Virus record (IMG/VR): IMGVR_UViG_3300043464_001630
Coordinates: 172,392 to 236,391 of that record
Length of the DNA: 64,000 nucleotides
Reading direction: 5' to 3' (one strand)
Position 1 is the stretch's first letter. Each line of letters opens with the position of its first letter. Shown here piece by piece: positions 20,242 to 29,478 of the stretch. The notes beneath the pieces were generated by a model that searched no databases, was not told where the DNA came from, and saw only the letters and a program-made list of their open reading frames with translations. The translations under genes were made by a program, and so were the position numbers.

Positions 20242-20529
20242 TTAGATGAGAGTTATTGTACCAGTAACACTACTTGTAGGTACATTCGCAGTTGAAGCTA
20301 CGTATGCATTTCCATAAACCATTCCTTCATTGATGGAAGAATTATTAAAAATAGCATCACCATAGACTTCGCCTTTGTTTTTAGAGTTTTGTGAGAACAT
20401 AGCATTCAGAACAACAATACCATTGTTTTCTGAGTAATCAGAGAATACCCCATATTGGGTTAAACCAACATTAGAACTGTATTCTATGAAGTATGCTGTT
20501 AATTCTGGATCAAAGTTTAAAGTAGGCAT
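20242..20529 (-). CDS. Small beta-helix-repeat protein
   Basis: F...S.N.G.V repeats shared with the N-termini of 18233-20236 and 22443-24065. Confidence 0.6.
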   Translation of the reverse strand: MPTLNFDPELTAYFIEYSSNVGLTQYGVFSDYSENNGIVVLNAMFSQNSKNKGEVYGDAIFNNSSINEGMVYGNAYVASTANVPTSSVTGTITLI

Positions 20530-20570
20530 ATGAATAGACAGATGTCCATATATTATTTATTCTAAAAGAG

Positions 20571-21188
20571 TTACAGTTTTTCATTGTAACCAAATTTATC
20601 GAAAATGTATCTTTCAGTTTGATAAATAATATGTTTAGATTCTGCTGATATAGTTCTGTCGTACTCTTGTTTGTTAGACCATTTTGTCAGAGATTCTTTT
20701 TGATTCTCAACATTAGCTAAATGATGAAACTTTTTTTCGTCGAAAACTTCTCCCGCATTCTTTAGTGCTGTGAAAAGATCTTCATATAGATTTTCTGTTT
20801 TTCCTATGAAATCCATTTTCACGTCACATTTATAGAAATCATCATCTCCTATATATCTTGACACTATTTTTGAGTAATGACCCATCCAAAATGCACCGTA
20901 ATCTTTAATCCATGTATCGAAGTTGGGTGATTCTTTTTCAGAATCACTAAAACGGGTAGTTTTGCTCCATTCATAGAACGAAGGCCACCATGTATACGGA
21001 TGACGAACGAAACAAAAATTATAAGTATTTTTGCTTTCTGTCATCTGATGAAGAAACAAATGACCATCTTGAGGTTGAGAGTATCGGTGCGAAGGTAGCT
21101 TTAAATGAAATAAAAATGCTTGTAAAAATGTACCGGCACATTTAGGGATATGTATAAAACTAGATTTAGTAAGTAGTAGATTGCTCAT
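20571..21188 (-). CDS. Sulfotransferase family 2 protein
   Basis: 5'-PSB motif FIHIPKCAGT, 3'-PB motif FCFVRHPYxWxxS and DFIGKTENL. Confidence 0.8.
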   Translation of the reverse strand: MSNLLLTKSSFIHIPKCAGTFLQAFLFHLKLPSHRYSQPQDGHLFLHQMTESKNTYNFCFVRHPYTWWPSFYEWSKTTRFSDSEKESPNFDTWIKDYGAFWMGHYSKIVSRYIGDDDFYKCDVKMDFIGKTENLYEDLFTALKNAGEVFDEKKFHHLANVENQKESLTKWSNKQEYDRTISAESKHIIYQTERYIFDKFGYNEKL

Positions 21189-22440
21189 GTTTTTTGAATA
21201 AATCTTTAAAGAAGGTTTTAATTTTAATTAATATTTTTTCAAAGAAAGATTTGTTATGATCTTTTTCGAAATTTTCGATAAATGCTAATTTGGTTTTTGC
21301 ATCTAAAGGTGGTGCGATAAAATGAACTAAACAAGTATCATTTGTTATTTCATATTTCATTTCGTTTGTAGTAGATATGAGAGACATTCTTTTATTTAAA
21401 ATGGTATCATCCGTCATATACGCTTTACAGAAGTAATAATTCATGAATGCTTGTTCAAAGAAGTATTCTCCAGACCAATTATCCATAAACCAATTAACAT
21501 TTTCGAAATGTTTTTTCATTCTAGCAGAATTTTTAAATAAAAATTGCCCAGCATTGAATGGCATTTGTTTAGCTTGTGACATTTCAAATACATGTTTATC
21601 ATCTAAGTAAACAAATCCATGATGAATTGTTTTATGATGACCATAATTTAAATTTAAATTTCTAGCAGTGTATAAAACATTATCTTCTAGTTTTTTGTTA
21701 AAAATACTATTAACATCTTTTAAACAGATGATATCACAGTCTAAGAATAGAATGTTATTATATTCGTTTATATTCTCACACTGAAACACTCTTGTTTTAT
21801 ATTGAGAAGCTTCTACTCCATCTGATGGTGTTTTTAGTAATAGATATTTTGGTTGTATTTTTTTAACAAAAGGCTGAAGTTCTATTTTTTCTTTAGTAGC
21901 TTCATCTGTGATTAATAATAAATCAAAAGTTACTTTGCTGTGTTTTAAAATAGTAGATACTGATTTGTTTAATAGTTCTACATACCCTTTATCAAAAAAC
22001 ACAGTGTAATATATTAAATTTTTATTTCCTATTTCTGCTGAATCTAAAGATTCTGCTTCTGATATCTTTTTGTCTATTTCATCGAATATTTTTGATCTAC
22101 CTTCTTCGGAATCTTCAAATAAAACAGAAGTTTTATGTCTTAAACATAATTGAGCAGCTATTGTTGTTTTAGATCTGTAAATAGCTTGTTGTTTGCTACT
22201 AAATTTAATAATTTCGGTAACTCCGTTTTTATAAACAACTTTATATTGTATATGAGTAGAGTTTTCAAATACAGAATTAACTAATTCGATATACGGCAAT
22301 GCTCTAATATGTTTATCTGATATTATAGAACTGACAAATGCCGGGGATTGCTCCCCGGCATTTGTTTTTGCAGTTTCTAAGTAAACTGTTTCTATAACAT
22401 CAATTTCTGATTTTATTTTATCAGGAATTGATATTTTCAT
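21166..22440 (-). CDS. GT-A fold glycosyltransferase (GT8-like) with an N-terminal extension
   Basis: ILFLDCDII (DxD motif), FNAGQF, EQAFMN and LVHF motifs. Confidence 0.8.
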   Translation of the reverse strand: MKISIPDKIKSEIDVIETVYLETAKTNAGEQSPAFVSSIISDKHIRALPYIELVNSVFENSTHIQYKVVYKNGVTEIIKFSSKQQAIYRSKTTIAAQLCLRHKTSVLFEDSEEGRSKIFDEIDKKISEAESLDSAEIGNKNLIYYTVFFDKGYVELLNKSVSTILKHSKVTFDLLLITDEATKEKIELQPFVKKIQPKYLLLKTPSDGVEASQYKTRVFQCENINEYNNILFLDCDIICLKDVNSIFNKKLEDNVLYTARNLNLNYGHHKTIHHGFVYLDDKHVFEMSQAKQMPFNAGQFLFKNSARMKKHFENVNWFMDNWSGEYFFEQAFMNYYFCKAYMTDDTILNKRMSLISTTNEMKYEITNDTCLVHFIAPPLDAKTKLAFIENFEKDHNKSFFEKILIKIKTFFKDLFKKHEQSTTY

Positions 22441-22442
22441 AA

Positions 22443-24065
22443 TTAATTATATGGGTCCATATCATCTACTAAGCCGCTGAGTGTGTTACTACCATGAAAA
22501 AGACTATATACTAAATCACCTAATTGCATAGTAAGGCTAGTATATGGACTACCATCACTATTATATACAGCCGTTCCTTGTTGTAGAGCGGCGGAATCCA
22601 CATAAAGCGTAGTGTTGTTGATATCAACTACTCCATATACCACAATTCTTCCACCTGCTCCGTCATATTTATAGTAATCTGAGCCATCATTGCTTATGCT
22701 AATTGAAACGTATTCACCGCCTCCATAACCATTGAAGTTATACCATTTACCATCAGCAGCTTGTTGCGTGCCGTAGGGATGAGGAGTACCACCAAAACCA
22801 ACACCTAGACCACCTTGACCATCAAATACGTACCATGCTCCTCCAGATGATTGCGTTATACCACTAGCATAGCTAGCACCACCACTACCATCAAATGTGT
22901 ACCATTTGTTGTTATCGGATGCTAATTGGAATGTTCCAGTAGCATAACTAAGTCCACCATTACCGTCTAATGTGTACCATTTGTTGTTATCGAATGCTAA
23001 TTGTAATGTTCCAGTAGCATAGACACCTCCACCATCACCATCAAATGTGTACCATTTAGTATCGTGTGCTGGATATGTACCAGCAGTAGCATAACTACCA
23101 CCACCAATACCATCAAATGTGTACCATTTGTTGTTATCGGATGCTACTTGTAATGTACCATAAGCATAACTACCACCGCCACCGCCATTAAATGTATACC
23201 ATGAACCATTATTTGCTTGTGCTGTACCAGAAGGATAAAGACCAACACCATTACCATCAAATGAGTACCAGTAACCGTTATTTACTTGGATTATACCAGA
23301 GGCAAAACTACGACCACCATTACCATCAAATGTGTAGTAAACCCCATCAGATGCTTGATATGTACCAGCAGTAGCATATGCTACTCCACCATTACCATCA
23401 AATGTGTACCATTTACTGGTTATTTCGGATGTACCAGCAGATGGATATTGATAGTTTCCATTAGTAGACCCACCATTGCCATCAGCAATTATATCGTAAG
23501 TACCATTTTCTACGCTATCAGACCCAACAGTAGTATAAATAACTAAACCTGCGGATAGTACTGTACCTTGAGCTGGATGTTCACTTGGAGGTACATATTC
23601 ACTAACGCTGCCATCTACTGTACCGCTATTTGTAGCTGTAGACGCAACCTGTGCATCACCTTGCACAGTTCCTAGGTTAGTGGTAGTATCTTTAAAGATA
23701 GCATCACCAGTTACAGTTCCGCCATTATTGACAGCAGTATCTCTGAATTCAGCATCAGCAACAGTTCCGGTGTTCTGTGAACTACCAGCAAATACAGCAG
23801 AAGTACTAACAGTACCTGCATTTGCTGCGTTGTCGCGGAATTCAGCAATTGCTACAGTTCCAGTGTTTACTGCATCGCCAATGAAAACTGCAACTTCAGT
23901 TACAGTACCATGATTCGCAGCACTTAATGAGAATTCCGCAGAAACTGAAACAGTTCCACTGTTAACAGCAGTATCACCGAATGTTGCATAAGATACAACA
24001 CCAGCATTCTCTGTTGAATCGTTAAAACTGCCAGTCCCGTCAATTTGAATATTTTGTACGCTCAT
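22443..24065 (-). CDS. Repeat-rich surface protein: N-terminal beta-helix and about a dozen WYTFDGxGG repeats
   Basis: Visible tandem repeats at both protein and DNA level. Confidence 0.75.
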   Translation of the reverse strand: MSVQNIQIDGTGSFNDSTENAGVVSYATFGDTAVNSGTVSVSAEFSLSAANHGTVTEVAVFIGDAVNTGTVAIAEFRDNAANAGTVSTSAVFAGSSQNTGTVADAEFRDTAVNNGGTVTGDAIFKDTTTNLGTVQGDAQVASTATNSGTVDGSVSEYVPPSEHPAQGTVLSAGLVIYTTVGSDSVENGTYDIIADGNGGSTNGNYQYPSAGTSEITSKWYTFDGNGGVAYATAGTYQASDGVYYTFDGNGGRSFASGIIQVNNGYWYSFDGNGVGLYPSGTAQANNGSWYTFNGGGGGSYAYGTLQVASDNNKWYTFDGIGGGSYATAGTYPAHDTKWYTFDGDGGGVYATGTLQLAFDNNKWYTLDGNGGLSYATGTFQLASDNNKWYTFDGSGGASYASGITQSSGGAWYVFDGQGGLGVGFGGTPHPYGTQQAADGKWYNFNGYGGGEYVSISISNDGSDYYKYDGAGGRIVVYGVVDINNTTLYVDSAALQQGTAVYNSDGSPYTSLTMQLGDLVYSLFHGSNTLSGLVDDMDPYN

Positions 24066-24727
24066 TAGATGTTATAAGTTGAATTTCCGTTGAATGTTGC
24101 ATTACCAGTGATATCACAACTTACGTTACCGAACATAGCAGAAGTGAATACGATACCAGCGGTTCCACTATTGATGGAATTTGGTTGTACCCAGTAAACT
24201 GCATCTAGATCAACAATAGGTGCTACGTTACCAAGAACAATTACATCAGTAGCTGAAGTTGGTAGTGTTGCGGCTTGATTTGTGTGACTTGAGTTGGTGA
24301 ACCAGTTGTTTAAGCTGCTCCAATCAGTGCTGCTGGTAGAATAGAAATATTTACCAGTTCCTGATGGAGTAGGAGGTGTACCGAAATCATCGAAGTATCC
24401 ACCGTCTAAGACAGCAAATACACCTTGAACGAATTCAGTGTTAGCTACTTCAGCTCCACTTGCTGATACTACAGCAGTTGCTGCAACAGCAGATGAAAGA
24501 ACAACAGAGCCAGTGAATGATTTATCACCAGCAATAGTTTGTTCAGTAGATACAGTAACATAGTTACCAGCACCACCGATATTGACAATTGGCTGAACTG
24601 CGCCATCTGCCATACCGTAGTAGAGGGTATCATTTACTTCGTTGAATGCTAACTCACCGTTTAGGAGTGTAGTAGGCGCACCTGCCTGTCCACTCGTTCT
24701 ACGTTTAATTTGAAAGGTATTAGCCAT
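24065..24727 (-). CDS. Fibre protein with an Mtd_N-like N-terminal module
   Basis: MANTFQIKRR..GELAFNEV..LYYG; internal LDGGYF. Confidence 0.75.
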   Translation of the reverse strand: MANTFQIKRRTSGQAGAPTTLLNGELAFNEVNDTLYYGMADGAVQPIVNIGGAGNYVTVSTEQTIAGDKSFTGSVVLSSAVAATAVVSASGAEVANTEFVQGVFAVLDGGYFDDFGTPPTPSGTGKYFYSTSSTDWSSLNNWFTNSSHTNQAATLPTSATDVIVLGNVAPIVDLDAVYWVQPNSINSGTAGIVFTSAMFGNVSCDITGNATFNGNSTYNI

Positions 24728-24749
24728 AATTTTAGGTTAATCCTCCAAG

Positions 24750-25079
24750 TTAGAAGCTTCCGCCATCGAGTAATGATGCTACGTCTTGTACGAATTGTGT
24801 GTTAGCGACTGCTACACTACTGTCGGTTCTTGTTTGTGTTACGGTTACTGCTGCTGATCCGAGATCAACTGCGCCTGAGAAGACTTTGTCTTCTACAACA
24901 GTTTGAACAGTGTCGAGAGTAACGAATGCACCTTTACCACCAATTGGTACTACGCCAGATGCAGCACCATAATATAGTGTTTCGTCTACTTCGTTGAAGG
25001 CGAGTTCGCCACCGAGTAATGAAGCGGGTGCTCCTGCTGGTCCGGTCGTTCTGCGTTTAATTTGAAATGTATTTGCCAT
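24750..25079 (-). CDS. Short fibre or adapter protein with an Mtd_N-like module
   Basis: Near-duplicate of the first 110 aa of 24065-24727; ends in LDGGSF. Confidence 0.75.
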   Translation of the reverse strand: MANTFQIKRRTTGPAGAPASLLGGELAFNEVDETLYYGAASGVVPIGGKGAFVTLDTVQTVVEDKVFSGAVDLGSAAVTVTQTRTDSSVAVANTQFVQDVASLLDGGSF

Positions 25080-25114
25080 ATATAGTATATATAAAATTTT
25101 TTGGGTTTTGGAAG

Positions 25115-25152
25115 AAAGGGGGTGGTGTAAAACCCAACCACCACCCCCTATA
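25115..25152 (-). terminator. Probable terminator or stem-loop
   Basis: AGGGGGTGGTG/CACCACCCCCT inverted repeat. Confidence 0.6.
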
Positions 25153-25174
25153 AACTTTTATTTTCTAAACTAAC

Positions 25175-27130
25175 TTAGAAAGTACCTGCATCCATTGCGC
25201 AATTGACTAGTGTGTAATTAGTCATTGTTCCGCTAACGGTTGCACTGATTGTTACATCAGTCATTGAACCGCCAGTGATACTAACTGCATCGTAGTTTTG
25301 TGATGCAATAGTACCAAGAACAGTTACACCAGAAGCACCAGTGAGACTGTCAACAGCAGATTCAAGAACGTCGAGACGCTCATCGGCAGCAGCTTCGCTA
25401 GCAACTAAAGCAGAGCTTAGAGTTGCATAGTTGTTTGCCATAGTTACGACGAAACTCTCGTCATCGCCAATAGCACTTGCAAGTTCGCGGAGTGTGTCGA
25501 GAAGCTCTGGAGCACCCCCAACAAGATCGCTGATTTTCTGGTCAGCATAAGCTTGTGCATCAGAAAGAACTTGTGAATCACGAGCGATCATGTCTGAGCT
25601 TAGAGAACCGATTGCGGTCTCAAGAGCACCAGAAACACCTACAAGTTCAGTGTGGGCAGTTGAAACTGCATCCGCAATGTCTTGACTAAGATCGGCTGAA
25701 ACAGAAGCTAGCTCAGAATGAGCACCAGCTACTGCGTCAGCAATGTCTTGTGAAAGTTCACCAGAAACAGAAACTAGTGCAGAATTTGCACCAGCTACTG
25801 CATCAGCGATATCTTGAGTTAATTCGCCAGAAACTGAAACGAGTTCAGAATGTGCAGCAGAAGCGGCATCAGCGATGTCTTGTGAAAGATCACCAGAAAC
25901 GCTTACGAGTTCAGAATGAGCAGCAGCGGCTGCATCGAGGATATCTTGTGAAAGATCACCAGAAACAGAAACTAGTTCAGAGTGAGCAGCGGCAGCAGCA
26001 TCAAGAATGTCTTGGCTGAGTTCGCCTGAAACTGAAACGAGTTCAGTGTGAGCGGCAGAAGCAGCGTCAGCAATGTCTTGTGAGAGATCACCAGAAACTG
26101 AAACAAGTTCAGAATGAGCAGCAGCGGCTGCATCGGCAATATCCTGAGTTAAATCACCAGAAACTGAAACGAGTTCGCTATGAGCAGCAGCGGCTGCGTC
26201 ACTGATGTCTTGAGTTAGTTCACCAGAAACGCTTACAAGAGCTGCGTTAAGGTCATCAATTTCGCCCTGAAGGGTGCCGCTAGCAGCGACAGTTTCAGCC
26301 CGAAGATCGTCAATCTCACCTTGTAGAACACCACTAACAGAAGCTAGGTTAGAGGATGCGCTATTAGCGAGATTGGTTATAGTATTGTTAATATCGCCAT
26401 CAGCGGCCTGAAATGCACTAACGATTTCGGTTAATGAATCAAGAGCGGCTGGGTCGATGTTGCTGAGAACATTGTCAATGCGAGTATTAGCTGCATCGAT
26501 TGCACCAGATAGTGCGGTTTCGGCAGTAGTAGCACGAGAAACTTCATCAGCTAAGTCGCTGGCTAAAGTGCCAGAAGCAGCTACAGCTTCAGTGCGAAGT
26601 TGTTCAATTGTCCCTTCAAGAGTTGAAACTTCAGAGTCAATTTTAGAATCGAGAGCAGCAGAAGCTGCAACCATTTCAGCGTGTAAATCAGCTACTTCAG
26701 AATCGATTTTGCTGTCAAGGGCAGCAGAAGCTGCGACCATTTCGGCATGTAGATCAGAAACTTCAGTGTCGATCTTGCTGTCAAGAGCGGCAGAAGCTGC
26801 TACAACTTCAGCGCGGAGATCAGCGATTTCACTGTCGACAGTTGCTGAGAGAGAGTCAATCTTGCTATCAAGAAAAGAAGAAACAGAACCTACTTCAGAG
26901 CGTAAGCCACCGAGTTCACTGGTAAGACCAGCAGCAATTTCCTCAACATACCCATTACCACCAATGGGGATGATTTCGGTTGCTGTACCACTGCCGTCAT
27001 CTCCACGACCGTAGTAAAGGGTGTTATCGACTTCGTTGAAGGCGAGTTCTGCATTAAGTAGTGAGGCTGGTGCTCCTGAAAGGGCTCCAACTTCATCTAA
27101 ACGACGTTTGATACGAATAATATTTGCCAT
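25175..27130 (-). CDS. Coiled-coil fibre protein with an Mtd_N-like module and 22-aa repeats
   Basis: DIADAAAAAHSELVSVSGDLSQ repeats; APELLDTLRELASAIGDD fibre motif; ends in MDAGTF. Confidence 0.8.
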   Translation of the reverse strand: MANIIRIKRRLDEVGALSGAPASLLNAELAFNEVDNTLYYGRGDDGSGTATEIIPIGGNGYVEEIAAGLTSELGGLRSEVGSVSSFLDSKIDSLSATVDSEIADLRAEVVAASAALDSKIDTEVSDLHAEMVAASAALDSKIDSEVADLHAEMVAASAALDSKIDSEVSTLEGTIEQLRTEAVAASGTLASDLADEVSRATTAETALSGAIDAANTRIDNVLSNIDPAALDSLTEIVSAFQAADGDINNTITNLANSASSNLASVSGVLQGEIDDLRAETVAASGTLQGEIDDLNAALVSVSGELTQDISDAAAAAHSELVSVSGDLTQDIADAAAAAHSELVSVSGDLSQDIADAASAAHTELVSVSGELSQDILDAAAAAHSELVSVSGDLSQDILDAAAAAHSELVSVSGDLSQDIADAASAAHSELVSVSGELTQDIADAVAGANSALVSVSGELSQDIADAVAGAHSELASVSADLSQDIADAVSTAHTELVGVSGALETAIGSLSSDMIARDSQVLSDAQAYADQKISDLVGGAPELLDTLRELASAIGDDESFVVTMANNYATLSSALVASEAAADERLDVLESAVDSLTGASGVTVLGTIASQNYDAVSITGGSMTDVTISATVSGTMTNYTLVNCAMDAGTF

Positions 27131-27229
27131 AATTTTTTGGTTTTGTTTGAGTTATGCAGATCAGTAAAAATATTCTGCATATATTATTTATCAAAAAACC
27201 TACTCAATTTTTCAAAAATTATTCAAAAT

Positions 27230-27469
27230 TTAAAATTCGCCCCCGTTTAAGTTGGTCTCTTCCATCAATTTACCGTCTTTGTATGATAACAATATACCGT
27301 CTTCTCTTTCTTCTGCGGTTTGTGCAGATAAAAGAGGAACATCAAAATTCGTGAGTTCTTCCAATGAAACACCATCTAGAATATTTTCATATGCTGATAA
27401 TCTTTCTGTGATTATCTCGTTTATGTAGTCTGCTACATCAGATTTTGTTACAATATTTGTGAAACGCAT
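27230..27469 (-). CDS. Hypothetical protein ending in LNGGEF
   Basis: ATG at 27469 abuts the stop of the upstream ORF; the track's start at 27547 overlaps that ORF. Confidence 0.6.
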   Translation of the reverse strand: MRFTNIVTKSDVADYINEIITERLSAYENILDGVSLEELTNFDVPLLSAQTAEEREDGILLSYKDGKLMEETNLNGGEF

Positions 27470-27470
27470 A

Positions 27471-27881
27471 TTAAAATCCTTCCCATAACATATAATTAGG
27501 AGTTGTACTGTAAACAGAAACTTCTCCGTGATATACTTGGTCGTCAAAAAATGCTTCGCCTATTCCATCTGTGTTTCCTTTTAATAAAACATTGAAAGAT
27601 GTGGAACTCGCACTTAAACCAAATTTAATATACAAAGGAACATTACTTAAATTTCTACAATAAAGAGCTTTTCTTATGGAATTTGCAGATAATACTTGAC
27701 CGTTTGTGGTTCTTACTGTATGATTATCTACATTATCATAGTTATTTCCATGATTAACTGTATATACAGCTTGTGCATATAATTCTCTTGGAACATCATT
27801 TTGTATGGTAATCCATGAAAATGCATCCCCTACACTAGGCCACAAAGGAGAAGAAGATAGTATTGGAACTAAATTTGCCAT
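27471..27881 (-). CDS. Hypothetical virion protein
   Basis: ORF with a TAAATA box at 27888-27893. Confidence 0.65.
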   Translation of the reverse strand: MANLVPILSSSPLWPSVGDAFSWITIQNDVPRELYAQAVYTVNHGNNYDNVDNHTVRTTNGQVLSANSIRKALYCRNLSNVPLYIKFGLSASSTSFNVLLKGNTDGIGEAFFDDQVYHGEVSVYSTTPNYMLWEGF

Positions 27882-27955
27882 TTCTAATATTTAGCTTTAC
27901 AAAGTATTTTTATTATGCTAATATAAAAAATATACTATCTATTAAATAGAAATTA

Positions 27956-28120
27956 ATGACAAAAAAAGAATGCATTAAGTATTTAAATAAAGTAATAGAA
28001 TTTCTACCAGAACTAGATTGCTTTGAAGAGTTTTGTAAAGAACTAGAAATAGAAGAAGATGAACTAGAATTGATATTATCTTCTAAAATAACTAATATTA
28101 CTAACGACGATTTAGAATAA
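27956..28120 (+). CDS. Small acidic hypothetical protein (54 aa, not in the ORF track)
   Basis: MTKKECIKYLNK...; TAAATA at 27943-27948. Confidence 0.5.
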   Translation: MTKKECIKYLNKVIEFLPELDCFEEFCKELEIEEDELELILSSKITNITNDDLE

Positions 28121-28121
28121 C

Positions 28122-28304
28122 TTAAAAAGTTTCCGAACTCGCACTAGCTACACTAGTAGAAGAAGTATCTTGTGAAATTGGTTGACTTCTTCCGTAATAT
28201 AGAGTATTATCTACTTCATTAAACGCTAATTCTCCTACTTGTAAAGAATCTGGTGGTCCTGCTTCACCTGCTAATCTACGTTTAATTCTAAATACAAAAG
28301 CCAT
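28122..28304 (-). CDS. Stand-alone Mtd_N-like module protein
   Basis: IKRR..GELAFNEVDNTLYYG; has its own TAAATA box. Confidence 0.7.
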   Translation of the reverse strand: MAFVFRIKRRLAGEAGPPDSLQVGELAFNEVDNTLYYGRSQPISQDTSSTSVASASSETF

Positions 28305-28323
28305 ATATAATATTTATCATTTA

Positions 28324-28737
28324 ATGAAACAAAAATTAATAAATGCCTATATGGAGAGTGCGGAAGTTTTCGCTAAACTTTCAACAGCCAAACGCTTAAA
28401 AGTAGGTGCCATAATAGTCAAGGATCAGAGAATTATTTCTATTGGTTATAACGGTACACCCGAAGGATGGTGTAACGTGTGTGAAGACGAAAATAATGTT
28501 ACAAAACCCGAAGTAATTCATTCGGAAATGAATTGTATTAATAAATTAGCAAAAAGTAACGAATCGGGAGAAGGGTCGGTAATGTTCGTTACACATTCTC
28601 CTTGCATGGACTGTGCAAAATCTATTTACGGAGCAGGAATAAAAGAGGTTTTTTATAAAAACTCGTATCGTGATGATTCGGGAATAGAATTTTTAAAAAA
28701 ATGCGGAGTGAACGTGGTTCATCTGAAAAACTCGTGA
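28324..28737 (+). CDS. dCMP deaminase
   Basis: RLKVGA..SIGYNG, HSE.N and THSPCMDC motifs. Confidence 0.9.
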   Translation: MKQKLINAYMESAEVFAKLSTAKRLKVGAIIVKDQRIISIGYNGTPEGWCNVCEDENNVTKPEVIHSEMNCINKLAKSNESGEGSVMFVTHSPCMDCAKSIYGAGIKEVFYKNSYRDDSGIEFLKKCGVNVVHLKNS

Positions 28738-28795
28738 AAATAAAAATCTCACGAGATTGACAAAACCGCATCTTTGCTATAAATTATTATAGCCA

Positions 28796-29155
28796 ATGAA
28801 TGTCATCACACCATTAGTTCAGTTTCAGCAGCAAATGAGAATTTTTCATTGGCAAACCGATTCTTTTGCTAAACATAAGGCTTTTGGTAAAATCTACGAA
28901 TCTTTAGATGGATTAGTAGATGAGTTCGTAGAAACCTATATGGGTACTTTTGGAAAAAGTAAACCAGTAGCTCCGTTTAATTTTACACTTCTTCCTTTAC
29001 AAGATGACGGAGTAGTTTCTGAAGTTTTAGAAGATTTCATCGATTATTTAAAAGAAATGTCTTATGAAATAGAAGACAACTCTGATCTTTTAAATATCAG
29101 AGATTCTATCCTCGCAGAGGTAAATAAACTAAAATATCTATTAACCTTATCTTAA
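28796..29155 (+). CDS. Ferritin/Dps-like four-helix protein (DUF5856-like)
   Basis: HWQT..H.AFG.IYE.L..LVDEFVETYMG..LLNIRD..KYLLTL. Confidence 0.75.
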   Translation: MNVITPLVQFQQQMRIFHWQTDSFAKHKAFGKIYESLDGLVDEFVETYMGTFGKSKPVAPFNFTLLPLQDDGVVSEVLEDFIDYLKEMSYEIEDNSDLLNIRDSILAEVNKLKYLLTLS

Positions 29156-29188
29156 AGATATTTGTGAAATTTTCACGAACTAAAATCT

Positions 29189-29476
29189 ATGGCATCCAAA
29201 AAGCGTAATAACAACAATCAGTCTAATGCGAACCCGCAGAAGGTCGCAGTAGAAGAAGTTTATATTCCATCACAAAATGCTGATAAATATCCAGATATTC
29301 AAACACCTGAATATCAATACAAGATATTAGCATTTCGTAATGATTATGTAAAGCTTCAAGAAGAAGTTACAAAGCACTTAAATGAAGGATGGGAATTAGT
29401 TGGTGGAGTTTCTACTTCGATGAACATGAGTCCATACGAATCTGTTACTATTTTTGCACAAGCACTTAAAAAGTAA
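29189..29476 (+). CDS. DUF1737-like protein
   Basis: V..HLNEGWELVGGVS..FAQAL. Confidence 0.55.
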   Translation: MASKKRNNNNQSNANPQKVAVEEVYIPSQNADKYPDIQTPEYQYKILAFRNDYVKLQEEVTKHLNEGWELVGGVSTSMNMSPYESVTIFAQALKK

Positions 29477-29478
29477 TT

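Noticed and set aside
3765-27014. Plus-strand ORFs opposite the fibre genes (e.g. 3765-4145, 10381-10800, 17384-17782, 26457-27014)
   Set aside because: These are antisense shadows produced by the codon bias of repetitive minus-strand genes.
17829-28304. Diversity-generating retroelement suggested by the Mtd_N-like modules
   Set aside because: No reverse transcriptase and no template/variable repeat pair with adenine-specific mismatches are visible in the window.
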